Origin: Pristiophorus japonicus
Taxonomy: Eukaryota
NCBI RefSeq assembly: GCF_044704955.1
Contig: NC_091994.1
Location: 21,514,001 to 21,578,000 of the forward strand
Length of the DNA: 64,000 nucleotides
Direction: 5' to 3'
The notes beneath the pieces are model-generated. The model made no database searches, was not told the origin of the DNA, and saw nothing but the letters and a program-made list of their open reading frames with translations. Shown here one piece after another: positions 34,564-47,525 of this stretch; the first letter of the stretch is position 1, and each line of letters starts with the position of its first letter. Made by a program: the position numbers and the translations under genes.

Positions 34564-35609
34564 GGATTACCTTTTGTAGTCATGTAGGCAAGCGTGGAGG
34601 TTAATTTGTGCTCAGCAAGTTCTGACGAGCAACAAATTAATGGACGGCCAGTTTTTTTGGTGGTGTTGGTTGAGACATCAGGAGAACTCCTCGCTCTTCT
34701 TTAAAGAACACTATGGGATCCTTTACGTGCACCTGAGCAGGCAGACATAGCCTTGGAGCACCTCTGACAATGCAGCGCTCCCTCAGTACTAAAGTGCGTG
34801 TTCAAGTCCTGGAGAGCAATTTGATTTGTGCAACCTTCTGACTCCAAGAGAGTTACTAAACCCAAGTAGACACAGCTTGGCTCAGTTGGTATTCCAGTGA
34901 CTTTAGCATTTCTGGAACCATTCCAGAACAACTGTCCCTTCAGTGACTTTGGCTGGAGCAGCTACGAGAAGAAGAGCTGATGTATTGTTTCTGTACTCGT
35001 GAGAAATTTGATGTCAATGAAAAATGTTATACCCTTTTTTTGACATAAAATTGAAGAATACTTTGAGCAAGAAGTGACCTCCTTAGACTATCCTTCCCAT
35101 TTAAGGTTTTAGTACAAACTATGCACCATGCAACAGATATTCATTCGCTGGTGTAAAAGATCGTTACAATTTACAAGTAAGTTGAACAGGATGCATAAAT
35201 AATTACATGCACGTGAATAGAAATGACACTATAATAACAGAAAGAATAGGGCTTCTTTAAGGCTTACTGTATCAGTGATGTGTAATTATCTTAATATTAA
35301 TATGCTTATCTAGCACATAATGTTCCGATCAAATGGATGCGTTTATACTTCAGTAATTACACACTCCTAATTTCTGACCTACAATGTTTTCTGCCCTACA
35401 CATGCAAATTGTTGCAGTGCTGACATTTCATGTTACTCAAAATATCCACTTTACCATGTATCCTAGAGATGCCAATTATAAAACAATATGACTCTTTGCT
35501 TCCAGAATGAAAGCCCAACACAGAATGAACACTGCAGTTACTGGCTGCACTGTAACACTGAGTTGAATTGTATAGATACTTGAATATTGTATGGAGTACC
35601 TGGATGAAT

Positions 35610-35930
35610 CAGAAAATCGTACAGCACAGAAGGAGGCCATTCGGCCCATCGTGCCTGTGCCAATTCTTTGAAAGAGCTATCCAATTAGTCCCAGTCCCCT
35701 GATCCTCCCCATAGCCCTTCAAATTGATCCTTTTCAAGTATATATCCAATTCCCTTTTGATATTTACTATTGAATCTGCTTCCACCACCCATCCAGGCAG
35801 TGCATTCCAGATCATAACAACTCGCTGTGTAAAAAGAAATTCTCCCCATCTCCCTGCTTAATCTTTTGCCAATTACTTTAAATCTGTACCCTCTGGTTAC
35901 CAACCACGCAGCCAGTGGAAACAGTTTTAC
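35610..35930 (-). mobile_element. CR1 3' fragment
   Basis: TRGYRFKVIGKR..IWNALP..ELDIYL and the CR1 3' UTR. Confidence 0.75.
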
Positions 35931-36213
35931 ATAGATGGGTGAAAGAGCTTTACAAAATTAAACATTAAGCATTAAATATAAACTATAATTTCATTCCACT
36001 GTATAGTGTCTGACACTGAAGCCCATTTCACAGTCGTGTAATCATTCACAGTAGTGTAATCACATTTATATATTTATTTTGAAGAATTATGCTTGGATTT
36101 ATTCAGCGCATTCTCCTTTCTTAATTCCAGTTACAATCTAATGTAGTTAACATTGGTTGATAATGACTATAAGGTCATTCTTAATGCGACAGGTTGCCAG
36201 AGCAGAAGATTAC

Positions 36214-36265
36214 CTCTCTCGCGAGCTGCAATTGTGGGGTACGTTTTCCCAGTGTTATTGTCCAT
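36214..36265 (-). CDS. CIMAP1D: CIMAP1D/ODF3L2-like first coding exon
   Basis: ATG GAC AAT...GCT CGC GAG AGA G|gtaatc = MDNNTGKTYPTIAARER(G), phase 1. Splices in frame to GPGPGRY, giving the PxIAARERGPGPGRY N-terminus recalled for fish odf3l2. Confidence 0.82.
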
Positions 36266-36403
36266 CCTCTGGGTAAAATAATTCTTTGTTGGAATTGCGG
36301 AGGCTGGAGTTGAGCAGTTCGTGTGATTACTGAAATGCTATCCTCGTAACACGCTGCCTGAAGGAGCAATGAGACAAATGTTGCTGCCTTTTACAGCCAC
36401 CAA

Positions 36404-36417
36404 GTTGCCATGGAAGC
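36404..36417. promoter_or_regulatory. RFX X-box motif upstream of the ciliary gene
   Basis: GTTGCCATGGAAGC (minus strand GCTTCCATGGCAAC), one mismatch to the GTTNCCATGGNAAC consensus, about 140 bp upstream of the ATG. Confidence 0.6.
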
Positions 36418-36537
36418 AACTGCACTTAGCTCATCCAGGCGTACGGTTACAAGTACTCTGAGTGGGACATGTGCTGCTGTCCTGGATTCTGCTGACTTTT
36501 CGATTGAATGCAGTGAGTACACCTGACAGGTGTACAA

Positions 36538-37260
36538 TGTAGTGTCGTGGTTATGTTACTGGACTAGTAATCCAGGCAACTTGAGATCAATTCCCACCAT
36601 GCCACTTTGAGAATTTGAATTCGGTTTAAAATGTCTGAAAACAAAAAGCTGGTTATCAGTAAAAGTGACCATCATGCTGTCAGATTGTCGTGAGTTCGGG
36701 GCCCAGAAGAGGCGAGGGCCCAGGGGCAGCACGGGCCCAGCCCACACTACGATATGTGTGCACACTGGGTTTGTGCAGCAGAGCTGGTCTCCAGTCGTCT
36801 TGGTTAACCTTTGCCACTGGACCAAGACCCAGCTCTGTCAAGCCTGTGTGGTGGCTGGTGTGCAACGGTCACCACACGTTAAAAAAAATCCACGCACTGG
36901 CGTCTTCCACCCTTCAACGTGTAGTTCGGGATCTGGAATATTAGGTCCTTCATTGAAACACCTGTGAACTCATTCCTTTTTGGCGTGGAAGCAAGTCATC
37001 CTCGTTTCGAGGGACTGCCTATGATGATAATGGATTGTTGTAAAAACTAATGTTCTTTAGAGAAGGAAACCTGCCGTCCTTATCAGATCTGACCTATATG
37101 TGTGACTCCAGTCCCACACCAATGTGTTTGACTTTTAACTTCCCTCAGTTGTATCAACTTGATTCAGTTCAAGAAGGCGGCTTACCACCACATTTTCAGG
37201 GCAACCAGGGATGGCCAATAAATGCTGACCTTGCCAGCGACGCCCACATCCCAAGAATTC
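36538..37260 (+). mobile_element. tRNA-headed SINE with LINE-derived tail (...GCCCACATCCC), interrupted by composite element copy 3
   Basis: Head GTGGTTATGTTACTGGACTAGTAATCCAG...TCAATTCCCACC. The tail matches the 9130-9725 LINE 3' end. Confidence 0.6.
36692..37032 (+). mobile_element. RTE-derived composite retroposon, copy 3 (5'-truncated, no VNTR)
   Basis: TSD GATTGT(C/T)GT (36683-36691/37033-37041), FGIWNIRSFIE at 36925, (ATG)n tail. Confidence 0.85.
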
Positions 37261-37272
37261 ACTTTTTAAAAT

Positions 37273-38240
37273 GGGGTAAATTTTCCGCTTGTTTCCACAA
37301 GTTATATCAGAGCAATCCGGATGGAATCCGAGGAATTTTAAACGTGAGTTACGACCAAAACCACTTACTCTCGTGTTTTCTGCAGTCTTTTACATCGGTT
37401 CAAGATTCAGTTCACCCGAATCAGGTCCTACCCACAAAACAGGCCACACCCCCAGATCAAAATTGCGAGATTCCGCTGATTGTACTGGTTCGGGAAGGCT
37501 CTTCAAATTGTGCTCCTTACGATTAAATGCTTGAGTATAGCTTTTTAAAACCATTTTGAGTGATTTTAAATCAGCTTGCTCACGGATGGAGGACTGGACG
37601 CTCTTACCAAAAATGCTTACTTTTGGTGAAAAACCCATTTCAGCTATACCCTGTATTAATAAAACTACCCCAGGTTACCACTCTTAAGTACATCAAGGAA
37701 TACTTTTTAATGGAGGAAAAAAACAATTATGCTTTGAAAGGAGAAATCACGAGGGGCCGAGACAGAGCAGGTAGAGAGAAACTATTCCCAGTGGCGGAGA
37801 GCTCGTGAATCAGCGGACACAGATTTAAGAAAGAACCAAAGGCGACATAAGAAAAAACTTTTTTACGCAGTGAGTGATTAGAATCTGGAATGCACTGCCT
37901 GAAAGGATGGCAGACTCAATTGCAGCTTTCAAAAGGGAGTTGGATAAGTGCCTGAAAGAAAAAATTTGCAGGACTACGGCGAAAGGGCGGGGGACTGGGA
38001 CTAGTTCAGGTGCTCTTGCAGAGAGTTGGCATGGGCTTGACGGGCCGAATGGCCTTCTTCCATGCTGTAACCATTCTATAATTCTATTACGCTGCCCAAT
38101 TGTGCTGGGTCATGGAAGATTTTACGTTTCTGATTATGCAAATACATTTTTCTGGAAATTTGAACTGTAACCTAACTAGCGCAATTTCAAGTGCTTTTGG
38201 GCACAATTTCCTGATTGTACCAAAACGGAAACTCTACCCC
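37273..38240. mobile_element. Putative MITE-like element with degenerate ~19-bp TIRs, containing a CR1 3' fragment (37745-38085)
   Basis: GGGGTAAATTTTCCGCTTG...CAAAACGGAAACTCTACCCC. No clear TSD. Confidence 0.35.
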
Positions 38241-39245
38241 AAGATGTTCAACTGTTCACACAAACAATGCACTATCTAATCATCCTTTTTTTTAAGTGCA
38301 TAAATTATCCAATCAATACTGTATCCATTAAAATGCAAACTATTTCTTTAAAATAACAGTTTAAAAAAAAATTGACAGAACTATTTCCAAAGTGAATCTT
38401 CCACGTTTTGTGATTTATTGATGAGATGTGATGACTTGAGGGAAAAGTTTCATTGAAAACAAATGTACAGAAACAGTGAAATAAGAAAATGAATAAATAA
38501 ATAATATCTTTCTTACCAACTGCAGATAGATAAATAAAGAAATGTTTCCCCTTACATACCAAAGTAACATAAATAAATAAATTAGTGCATGTAACATGGA
38601 GAAGAATGGAAAAAAGCAATTTAGGACCATGTGGCTACATCATTATTTTGTCAGCAGAGTGTTGTAGGAGATCAGAGCCACATAGCAAGGCATTCAATTA
38701 CTGATCAGAGTTAGTAACGATGCAGAGAAGGTCAAATTACTGACCAGAAACATAAACTAAGGCCTGCATATTGGGAGTAAAAATCAAAGGAGAGTAGTAT
38801 TCCTGCAAGGGGGTGAGGAAAGTGATTGGGGGAGTGGGATGAGTCTGTCTGTGGGGGAACAATATACAAATACATGGCTGCTTTAATAAACAGAAATTAA
38901 ATAAAAAGTTCTTGTATAAATTATTTATGATATTTTCTGTCAAAAGCTATTTATAATAAAAGTAACTTTTTTGTTTTCCAACCTCTAATAATGAGTTCCT
39001 GGCTTTGTACTGCCAATGATTTTCTATCACTAGACAGGGCAAGAGAGGAGGGAGGTGAATGGGTCTTGCAAACAGCAAGCCCTTACATTCTCTGTGAATA
39101 GCCAGTCTTTCAATCAATCATTGAAACAATCCTGGGCAACATCAGCACAGGTGTATGCTGGGAGTTGGAGGTATACTATCTTGTTGAGTCTCTTCAGCTA
39201 AAATCATACATTTTCAAGTGAGATACTTTGGAAATGTGATACTTT

Positions 39246-39600
39246 GAAAGAAAGAAAAGAAAGACTTGCATTTATATAGCACCTTTCACGACCACCGGAT
39301 GCCCCAAAGCGTGTTACAGCCAATGAAGTACTTTTTGGAGTGTAGTCACTGTTGTAATGTGGGAAATACGGCAGCCAATTTGCGCACAAGCAAGCTCCCA
39401 CAAACAGCAATGTGATAATGGCCAGATAATCTGTTTTTGTGATGTTGATTGAGGCATAAATATTGGCCAGGACACCGGGGATAACTCCCCTGTTCTTCTG
39501 TGGGATCTTTTACGTCCCCCTAAGAGAGCAAACGGGGCCTCGGTTTAACATCTCATCTGAAAGACGATACCTCCAACTAGATTTTTGTACTCAAGTCCCT
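39246..39600 (-). mobile_element. DeuSINE (SacSINE1/AmnSINE1-like)
   Basis: Deu-domain motifs (GATGAGA.GTTAAACCGAGGCCCCG, CCCGGTGTCCTGGCCAATATT) and a (CTTT)n tail. Confidence 0.8.
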
Positions 39601-39870
39601 GGGGTTTGAGGTGTGATAGACATAAGTGCCCAGTAAACCCAAAACTTTTATATATAGACCAATGGAGTTGAATTCTTTAGCATCAGTTTCTTTGGTCTAG
39701 TGAGAGCCAGAGACAGTGGCTGAAAAAGTTAAACAAAATATTGGGAACACTATCATTGGTTCCCGTTCTTGTTTTATATTGGTAGCTTTAGCTCACTGCT
39801 CATTGCTGATTAGATTTTGTTCCTGCCTGCTTCATGTTGTTTGGTACATCACCTGTTCAGTTGTGTTTGG

Positions 39871-40635
39871 GCCACCCCGACCTGCGAGAAAACACCACCG
39901 CAGCTCGGGAGGATAAAGAGCTGGAGCGAGACACTGCAGATTCCAGTGTGAGCTGACACAAGTATGCGACGGCTTCGAGGTGGGCGACTGGGTGACGTCA
40001 TCAGGACCCAGGTCGCCATTTGGAGTGTGGACAGGAACATTGGCGGGGCTCTGGTAAAGCAGAGGAGCAGGAAGGTCGTGGCGGACTCGCGACGAATGAT
40101 CGGGGCGGAGGAGCGATAAGGGATCGTGACTGAGATTTGGTGGGTGATCGTGACGGCGGTTCAGCGAATGTTTGGTGCGGAGGTGCGGCGGGAGATTGTG
40201 GTGGAGGTGCGGCGAGTGTTTTTGTGGTAGAGGAGCGGTGAGGGATCGTGGCGGAGGTGCGGCGAATGTTTGTGGTGGAGGAGCGGTGAGAGATTGTGGC
40301 GGAAGTACGGCGAATGAGGGTTCGGGGCCCAGAAGAGCCGAGGGCCCAGGGACAGCACGGACCTGCCCACACTGAGATATGTGTGTGTACTAGGTGCAGC
40401 AGAGAAGGTCTCCAGTCTTCCTGGTTAACCCTGGATCAAGGCCTAGCTCTGTCAAGCCTGTGTGGTGGCTGATGTGCAACGGTCACCACACGTTAAAAAA
40501 AAATCCACGCACAGGCATCTTCCACCCCTTCAATTGGAGTTCAGGACTGGAACATCGGGTCCTTCATTGAAACATCTGTGAACTCATGTGGAAGCAAGAC
40601 ATCCTCGTTCGAGGGACCGCTTATGATGATGATGA
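39871..40635 (+). mobile_element. RTE-derived composite retroposon, copy 4 (about 10 VNTR units, hairpin head)
   Basis: TSD TGT(G/A)TTTGG (39862-39870/40636-40644), head GCCACCCCGACCTGCG...CGCAGCTCGGG, VNTR at ~40074-40315, (ATG)n tail. Confidence 0.85.
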
Positions 40636-42009
40636 TGTATTTGGTGAGTATTTTATGAAAATATATATTTAAACCAATCTGGTATAAGTGTGACATGCTT
40701 CTCGAGTGTGATAGGCAACATTATTGGAACCAAGACAGGTGGATGGACTTAAGATACAGATCAGCCATGATCTCATTGAATGGCGGAACAGGCTCAAGGG
40801 ACTGAATCCTATTCCTATGGTACTTTGAGGTGTGTAATTTTGAGATGTGACAGACAATATATGCATGGTAAACCCAAATCTTTCAAAATTAAATAGATGG
40901 TGTTAAATTCTTTAGTATTATTTCATGTTGAATTATGGGTAGTTTCATATTGATTAGGAAATGGATTGAAATTGGTCATAAACATGCTACAAAAATCTAA
41001 ACCGTGGTTTAGAAAATAAATTGTCTTATCTGTAATATAAATCAAACAGGATAACGTGACGCCAATGTTTGTAGTGTTTTTCTGCTCAATTGTGCAATTA
41101 AAAAAAATAAGTCACTACTTATACATAAAAACAGCCCATAAACAATGTAAAAAAACAAGGGATTTGTCTCTGACTTTGATGTTTTCCAAGTCTGCCAATA
41201 TTTATATAAAAAGGAGGTTCCTCAACATGAACGAGTTCCGGAGTATAAAAGATGGCACTGGTGGAAAAGTAAGTCAATGCCATAGGTTTTACAATAAAGA
41301 TGTTATGGGTTCCCCCCAGTGCAGAAGGGGTTCATCCACTGGGTAACTGAGCCATACAGAAAGTCCAAGGTTTGATCCCCAGTCTGAGTTCACTGATCTG
41401 AACTGGAGTAGCCTCTGTAGCCTTATGTTAAGGAGTGGAAAGATCGGTCAAGGTTCCCATGCCTGATCACTATCCAGTGATCCCACACAGAAGTACGCAT
41501 GTGTGAAGGGTAGCTGAGGGCAGGATTGCCAGATATAAAGAATAGTTGCCTGGGCAAGGTACTGGAGGGTGGACAAATACCAGTGGAATTAAGCCCAGTT
41601 TGAAATCAATAGCTTCAAATGAGATGGGGAGAAAATGAACAGAAAATGTAAATGAATCAAAAAGGGAGAGCAAGCTGGTAGTGGCAATGTTGCAATTGTT
41701 ATGGTAAAATTGCTGTGAAATTATTTTCCAATGTTGAAACTTGAACATGCACAATAAAGTATTATTGTATACACTGCAGTGAATTAACATTTCAACTTTG
41801 GTTCTTCCCATTATTTTTAATGATGTAATTTCTGATCTGCAAGCCATTAATTCATGATTTTTCTTTTGATGCCTTGCATTGCATTCATGACTAATGTGAC
41901 AGCTTGAGTCTGCAGTTAATCTTTAAAAGGATAGGACTGAGTCTGGCATAATGCTTATTTAAAAATGATTTATAACTTGGTTTTACTAAACAATAACAAA
42001 ACGCTATTT

Positions 42010-42260
42010 TTAAAATTCATTCACGGGGTGTCGATGGCAAGGCCGGCATTTATTGCCCATCACTAATTGCCCTTGAGAAGATGGGGGTGAGCCGCCTTCT
42101 TGAACCGCTGCAGTCCGTGTGGTGAAGGTGCTCCCACAGTGCTGTTAGCGAGAGAGTTCCAGGATTTTGACCCAGCAACGATGAAGGAATGGCGATATAC
42201 TTCCAAGTCAGGATGGTGTGTGACTTGGAGGGGAAATTAGAAGTGGTGGTGTTCCCATAA
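42010..42260 (-). mobile_element. CR1/L2-group LINE 3' end
   Basis: Reverse complement of the 9480-9710 tail. Confidence 0.75.
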
Positions 42261-42974
42261 TTGTGATAAATCGTGCCATGTGGGTTTAAAAAAACCTCAC
42301 TAAAATCAAAGAAATTTTGGGATGAGAAATGTATCAGCTTAGTTACTTTTCAATATCAAGCACCCTGGGGATAGAGATAGCAGTGTGCTTCATTAATGTT
42401 GCGCAACCGTCTCCCTTGTCCCCCAGGAACCGAGAGGAAACAAGTCCTGACCTGGCTGCTCGCAGTCAAGGTTCCTGGCTTCTCCTGGATTTGATGAATC
42501 AAGTTTAATATTAACAGAGTGTAGCAATGAGCATTGGCATGTTTCATTTATACCAATGATGTAGAAGTGAATATATTATGAACGTGCCCTTTATACTCTT
42601 GGACAATGTCCAGTATTGATGACTAAATATGGAGGCAGTATCAGTGACTCAACTTCAAGCCATATCAGTAGATGCTGTTCTCACGTCACCAGATCTCCTT
42701 GGACCAGAGATTATCTGTTGCATTTCATAGTATAAATAGAATGTATTGGGGATGCAGTGACCACAGAAAATATACACCTGACATAATGCATTTGAAACTT
42801 TAAAACCAGAATATGGTAGAAATTATGAAAGAGAAAGCTAAGTTAATGAGATATATCAGCCCAAACACAACACAGAAATTATAGTTAGACGAATTTCCAG
42901 TTAGGAGTAATTTAGTCAAGGTGTGGGGCTTCTCCCAGTTCATTTCGATAGCATTAAGTGCCTGTTAGCCATCA

Positions 42975-43003
42975 TCATCATAGGCAGTCCCTCGAAATGA
43001 GGA
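42975..43003 (-). mobile_element. Ultra-short (29 bp) RTE-type 3' end insertion
   Basis: TCATCATAGGCAGTCCCTCGAAATGAGGA flanked by a 16-bp TSD with 1 mismatch (42959-42974/43004-43019). Confidence 0.75.
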
Positions 43004-44334
43004 TGCCCGTTAGCCATCAGTTGTGTTTGCAAACATTAGTTACAGCACACCCCAATAATCTAATGTCAATTTTAATCTAATTTTATAGTAAATCCAAGGT
43101 CGATTGATCAATTCTTACCCTGAAATGAATCTCAGTTATTTCAGTATCAATTCAGACTGGTAGAGGCAGGCAGTTGGTTAATGGCAAATATAAGTTGCAC
43201 TTTGGAATGAATCCAACTTTGTTTTGCCACTCTAAGCCGACTACAAATTAAATCACTTTGCGCCTTTATTCTGTAACTGGCTCCACGAATGATACGTTCA
43301 AGATAATTGGAAAATGAACCATAGGCGATGTGAGGAAAACAATGAGTTATGATGATCTAGAATGCACTGCCTGAAAGGGCGGTGGAAGCAGATTCAATAA
43401 CAACTTTCAAAAGGGAATTGGATAAATACTTGAAGTGGAAAAATTTACAGGGCTATGGCGAAAGAGCTGGGGAGTGGGACTAATTGCAAAGCTCTTTCAG
43501 AGAGCTGGCACAGACACGATGAGCCGAATGGCCTCCTTCTGTGCTGCATCAGTCTAAGGTTAATTGCCAAGTTACCCAACCTCAGAACATATTAACAGGA
43601 TCATTAAAATGTAAGATGCCACAGCTTTTCCTAATGTCACTTACTTACAGATATTTCTGTTGCTTTAGGAATAATAATGTGTTTTGCAGTTGAACACACT
43701 TAAAACTAAGGGATACAAGGGCCATTTTAGGTCTGTACAACCAGTCAGTCTGTTTCTGTAGAACACGGTAAGCTGTGCCCATTTTTCTAATCGCATATTT
43801 AGCTGCTGTGGAATGATTCATTTTGCCACCCAGTCCAAGAATTGGTGAAACTCACCCAATGACACAGGTCCTGTACTTTGGTTGGGAGTCCAAAGCCCTA
43901 TTAGCAGAGTTCCAGGGCCACCTTAATTTATTGAAGTACTGATTGCACAAGATAGCTGAGATTAATGTTAAACAATAAATGCTGCTGTGATACCAAACCA
44001 TATACACAGGAATGTTCCAGGTTCGATCCAAAGTCTTCGCTCAGTTAACTTATCTGCGATAGGGAGACAGTGAGTCACCATAACTCTTTGTCTCTCGGTT
44101 AAGGGGGGGGGGGAAAGGTTGCTGTCCCTGATCGCCATCTGCTGGAATGTGCTTGCATTGGGATGCAGGATTGGATACATCTGCGATACTTTCCACAGTC
44201 AAATAACCTGACACTCCAGGATAGAAATTGCACAGGCTTTTTTAGTGCAAGCCCTGCATAATCCTGATGGGGGAGAAGATCAGAAGATGGGCAAGACCCA
44301 GACATGGACCTTTTGCACCGGACGTTGTGTGTCA

Positions 44335-44775
44335 GCCATGGCTCATTTAGTGACACTCTCGCCTCTGAGGGTTTAAGTCCCACCCCAGAGATTTGAGCAC
44401 AAAATTCTAGACCAAACCTCCAGTGCAGTTATGAGGGAGTGCTGCACTGTCGGAGGTGCCGCCTTTTAGATGAGACGTTAAACCGAGGCCCCGTCTGCTC
44501 TCTCAGGTGGAATAAAAGATCCCATGGCACTATTTCGAAGAAGAGCAGGGAAATTATCCCCGGTGTTCTGACCAATATTTATCCCTCATTCAACATAATA
44601 AAAAAAGATTATTTGATCATTATCACATGGCTGTTTGTGGGAGCTTGTTGTGCGGCACACATTGGCCGCCATGTTTCCTACATTGCAACAGTGACTACAC
44701 TTCAAAAAGTACTGCATTGGCATTGAGATGACTTGAGGTCGTGAAAAGCGCTATATAAATGCAAGTCTTTCTTTT
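44335..44775 (+). mobile_element. DeuSINE (SacSINE1-like), near full length
   Basis: tRNA-like head, Deu domain GGTGCCGCCTTTTAGATGAGACGTTAAACCGAGG...AAAGATCCCATGGCACTATTTCG, and an L2-type tail GCTATATAAATGCAAGTCTTTCTTT. Confidence 0.85.
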
Positions 44776-45832
44776 TGGACAGCAATTTCTTCCATGGTGG
44801 GGAGGAGAGGGGTGTATGTGCGGGGGGGGGGGGGGAAATAAATGCTTTTTTACCCTGCCCCCTTGTATTGTGGGAGCAGTTTGGGGGTCTAGATATGAAA
44901 TGTTCCCTGGCTACCTTGGGAGTCCCACCAGATTCACCTCTGATTGGCTCAATGGTCCCTACGTCTGCTGAGAACATGCGTAGGTTCCTCACTTGGCCTA
45001 AAATGGGCCCCACAGTTGCAGAGGCATCAATTGCCATTGGAACAAGAGCCGAACATTGTGGGAGATCACTAATGTGGTATCTTTACCTCTTCAGCTTGAT
45101 CAGCTGCTGGCTCTGATCTCTTGGAGTGGGAAGGTGCAGCTCTGAGAATACTCAGTTTGCCCTGTTGTACTGCTACAGGCAAGGTCACCCACCCTGTTAT
45201 TTAAATAACCCCGTCCCAGGAATTTGGGATATGGTCATGGCGGGATAATAGCAGCAGGTGTGAGTTCTCATTTCTAGCCTGATGTATGATGAACGGTCCC
45301 TTCGACATTGTTTCTGGTCCTCATGGAACCGGATCCAAGCAGGAGGGTCACTGTCGACTGGAGAGGTGAATGGAAGCAACTGTCAAAGAAAAATAAGGCA
45401 ATAGATTAAGTAAGTGATATGCAGACTGTTACATTTCTTACAAATAATGTGGGTTACAGTTGATCCGTTACAACTGATAGATTACAATTCTGCATGTCAG
45501 CTAAAAGAAACCTTTATCAAAACAGACAGCTTCATCATTTTTAAATTATTTATCGTTGGCATATTCTAGTATACCCATTGTTAGGTGACATTACTTCCCA
45601 TGAAGTCAGTCCTTTTCATTCCCACAGCCATGACCTTGTTTTTATTTCTTTTGGGAGTGGGGGGACAGTGAGGATAATCCCGGATATATTCTGCTGTGGT
45701 ATTCATTTTAATATTGTGCTTTCTTTAATTTGATTTTCATGATGTTAGTTGGTATTTGGCACGTGTTACAGTTATTTTTTCCTGAAAACTTGTGCAGTGA
45801 GCAATGGGAACAAGTTAAACAGGAGTTATACT

Positions 45833-46115
45833 CAACAACTTACATTTCTATAGCACCTTTAACGTGGTAAAACGCCCCAAGGCGCTTCACAAGTGCGTTA
45901 CCATAAAAAATTGGACACCGGGCTACACAAGAATATATTAGGACCAAAAACTTGATCAAAGGGGTTGGTTTTAGAGAGCATGTGAAAGGAGGAGAGAGAG
46001 GTGGAGAGGCAGCGAGGTTTAGAGGGAGAATTCCAGAGCTTAGGGCCTAGGCAGTTGAAAGCACGGCCGCCAATGATGAAGCAATGGAAATCAGGGATAA
46101 GCAAGTGGCCAGAAT
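45833..46115 (-). mobile_element. L2 LINE 3' fragment
   Basis: IIGGRAFNCLGPKLWNSP; homologous to 7070-7370. Confidence 0.75.
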
Positions 46116-47279
46116 TGATGGCCTGTAAATTTATTCTGTAAATGTCAGTGGACTAAACTGGAAAGGCACATTCAATGGTCTCCAGACAATAGGTGTGCAC
46201 AATACCCTCATATGGCTCTGTGGTTACACATTCAGTAAGAACAATGGAGGCAGACAATAAATAATGACAGACGCATCCATTATTAATCAGAATGAAATAT
46301 AATATCAGAAATATAAATCCATTTCAGCATTTTTCCCCAGGATGAATGCAAGTACAGTATATAAGAAAAAAAAAATTCTTATATTTACATAATCAAATAA
46401 AAATGTAACAAACCCTGTTATACAGAACAATTGCTTTTACATTAAAAGTCCACCAAAATAAAGGACACATTCCCCCTTCTCTATTGTATGTACACATCTA
46501 CCATTGTACAGCTGGGAATTAAACTGTATTCCATCGATGAGATCTCACACATGAAGCTGCTTGTATTGCTGAATAATTACACACATGCTGTTGTAAGGCT
46601 GCACACTCACATACACATCATCGCACAAACGCTCATACAGATCTTTGATGAATATGAAGCAAATTAATGAAAAATAAATGTAGCCACAAAAATAGTCCAT
46701 GCCAAGGACTCGCTCAATACCTGATGTAAAATCACTAAAAATACAAGTGCCGTATCATTAGATAACATCAATAAAGCTTATCAGAGGCTGTATTAAAATA
46801 AGATGCTAAGTCATCTTATACTGTACAACAAATGTGGTCATGTGGGTTATTTTGTCACCCTGAATAATGATTTCACAGGGCCCTCACGGACGGTGATAAC
46901 TGTACCACCTAAGCAGGTGGTATGAACCGAATGACCAAGTTGGAAACAAGGTGATTCAAACAAGAAATGGAGAAGTCTGAAATACATCAACACTTCATTT
47001 ATGTAAACTCGTTGAAACATTTCCTTTGATATGGAAAACTGATCGAATATTGTTACATCTTGCAATTGCAAAAACATGAAATCAAAACAGATGTTGGAAA
47101 AACAGCTGGTGTGTCAGCATCTGCAAAGAGGAAAGAGAGACTGATGCTTTTGGCACGGACCTCCATCAGGAAAATATGACACAGAATTCCAGTCCTCCAA
47201 AGTGAGGTGCCGCAAAGTAGTCGGATTTGTGTTCATGATTCAACGACCGAGTTCTAGATCTCACCTGTTACTAGAAGGT

Positions 47280-47525
47280 GTACCAATTCTGGCCTCTAGC
47301 GCACCCCCGATTTTAATCACTCCACCTTTGGCGGCTGTGCCTTCAGTTGCCTAAGCTCTGGAATTCCCTCCCTAAACCTTTCCTCCTTTAAGACGCTCCT
47401 TAAATCCTACCTCACCTGCCCGAATATCTCCTGATGTGCCTCGTTGTCAAAATGTTGTTTGCTAACACTCCTGTGAAGCGCTTGGGGAGATTTTACCATG
47501 TTAAGGGCGCTATATGAATGCAAGG
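47280..47525 (+). mobile_element. L2 LINE 3' fragment
   Basis: GGCTGTGCCTTCAGTTGCCTAAGCTCTGGAATTCCCTCCC...GCGCTATATGAATGCAAG. Confidence 0.7.

Noticed and set aside
39871-39930. HDV-like ribozyme at the head of the RTE-derived element
   Set aside because: Some RTE 5' UTRs carry HDV-like ribozymes, but only a simple hairpin is visible here. The P1/P2/P3/P1.1 double pseudoknot could not be built.
47080-47172. Third Penelope-type hammerhead region on the minus strand
   Set aside because: Both core motifs are eroded (CTGATGG, CAAAAG); at most an old Penelope 3' UTR remnant.
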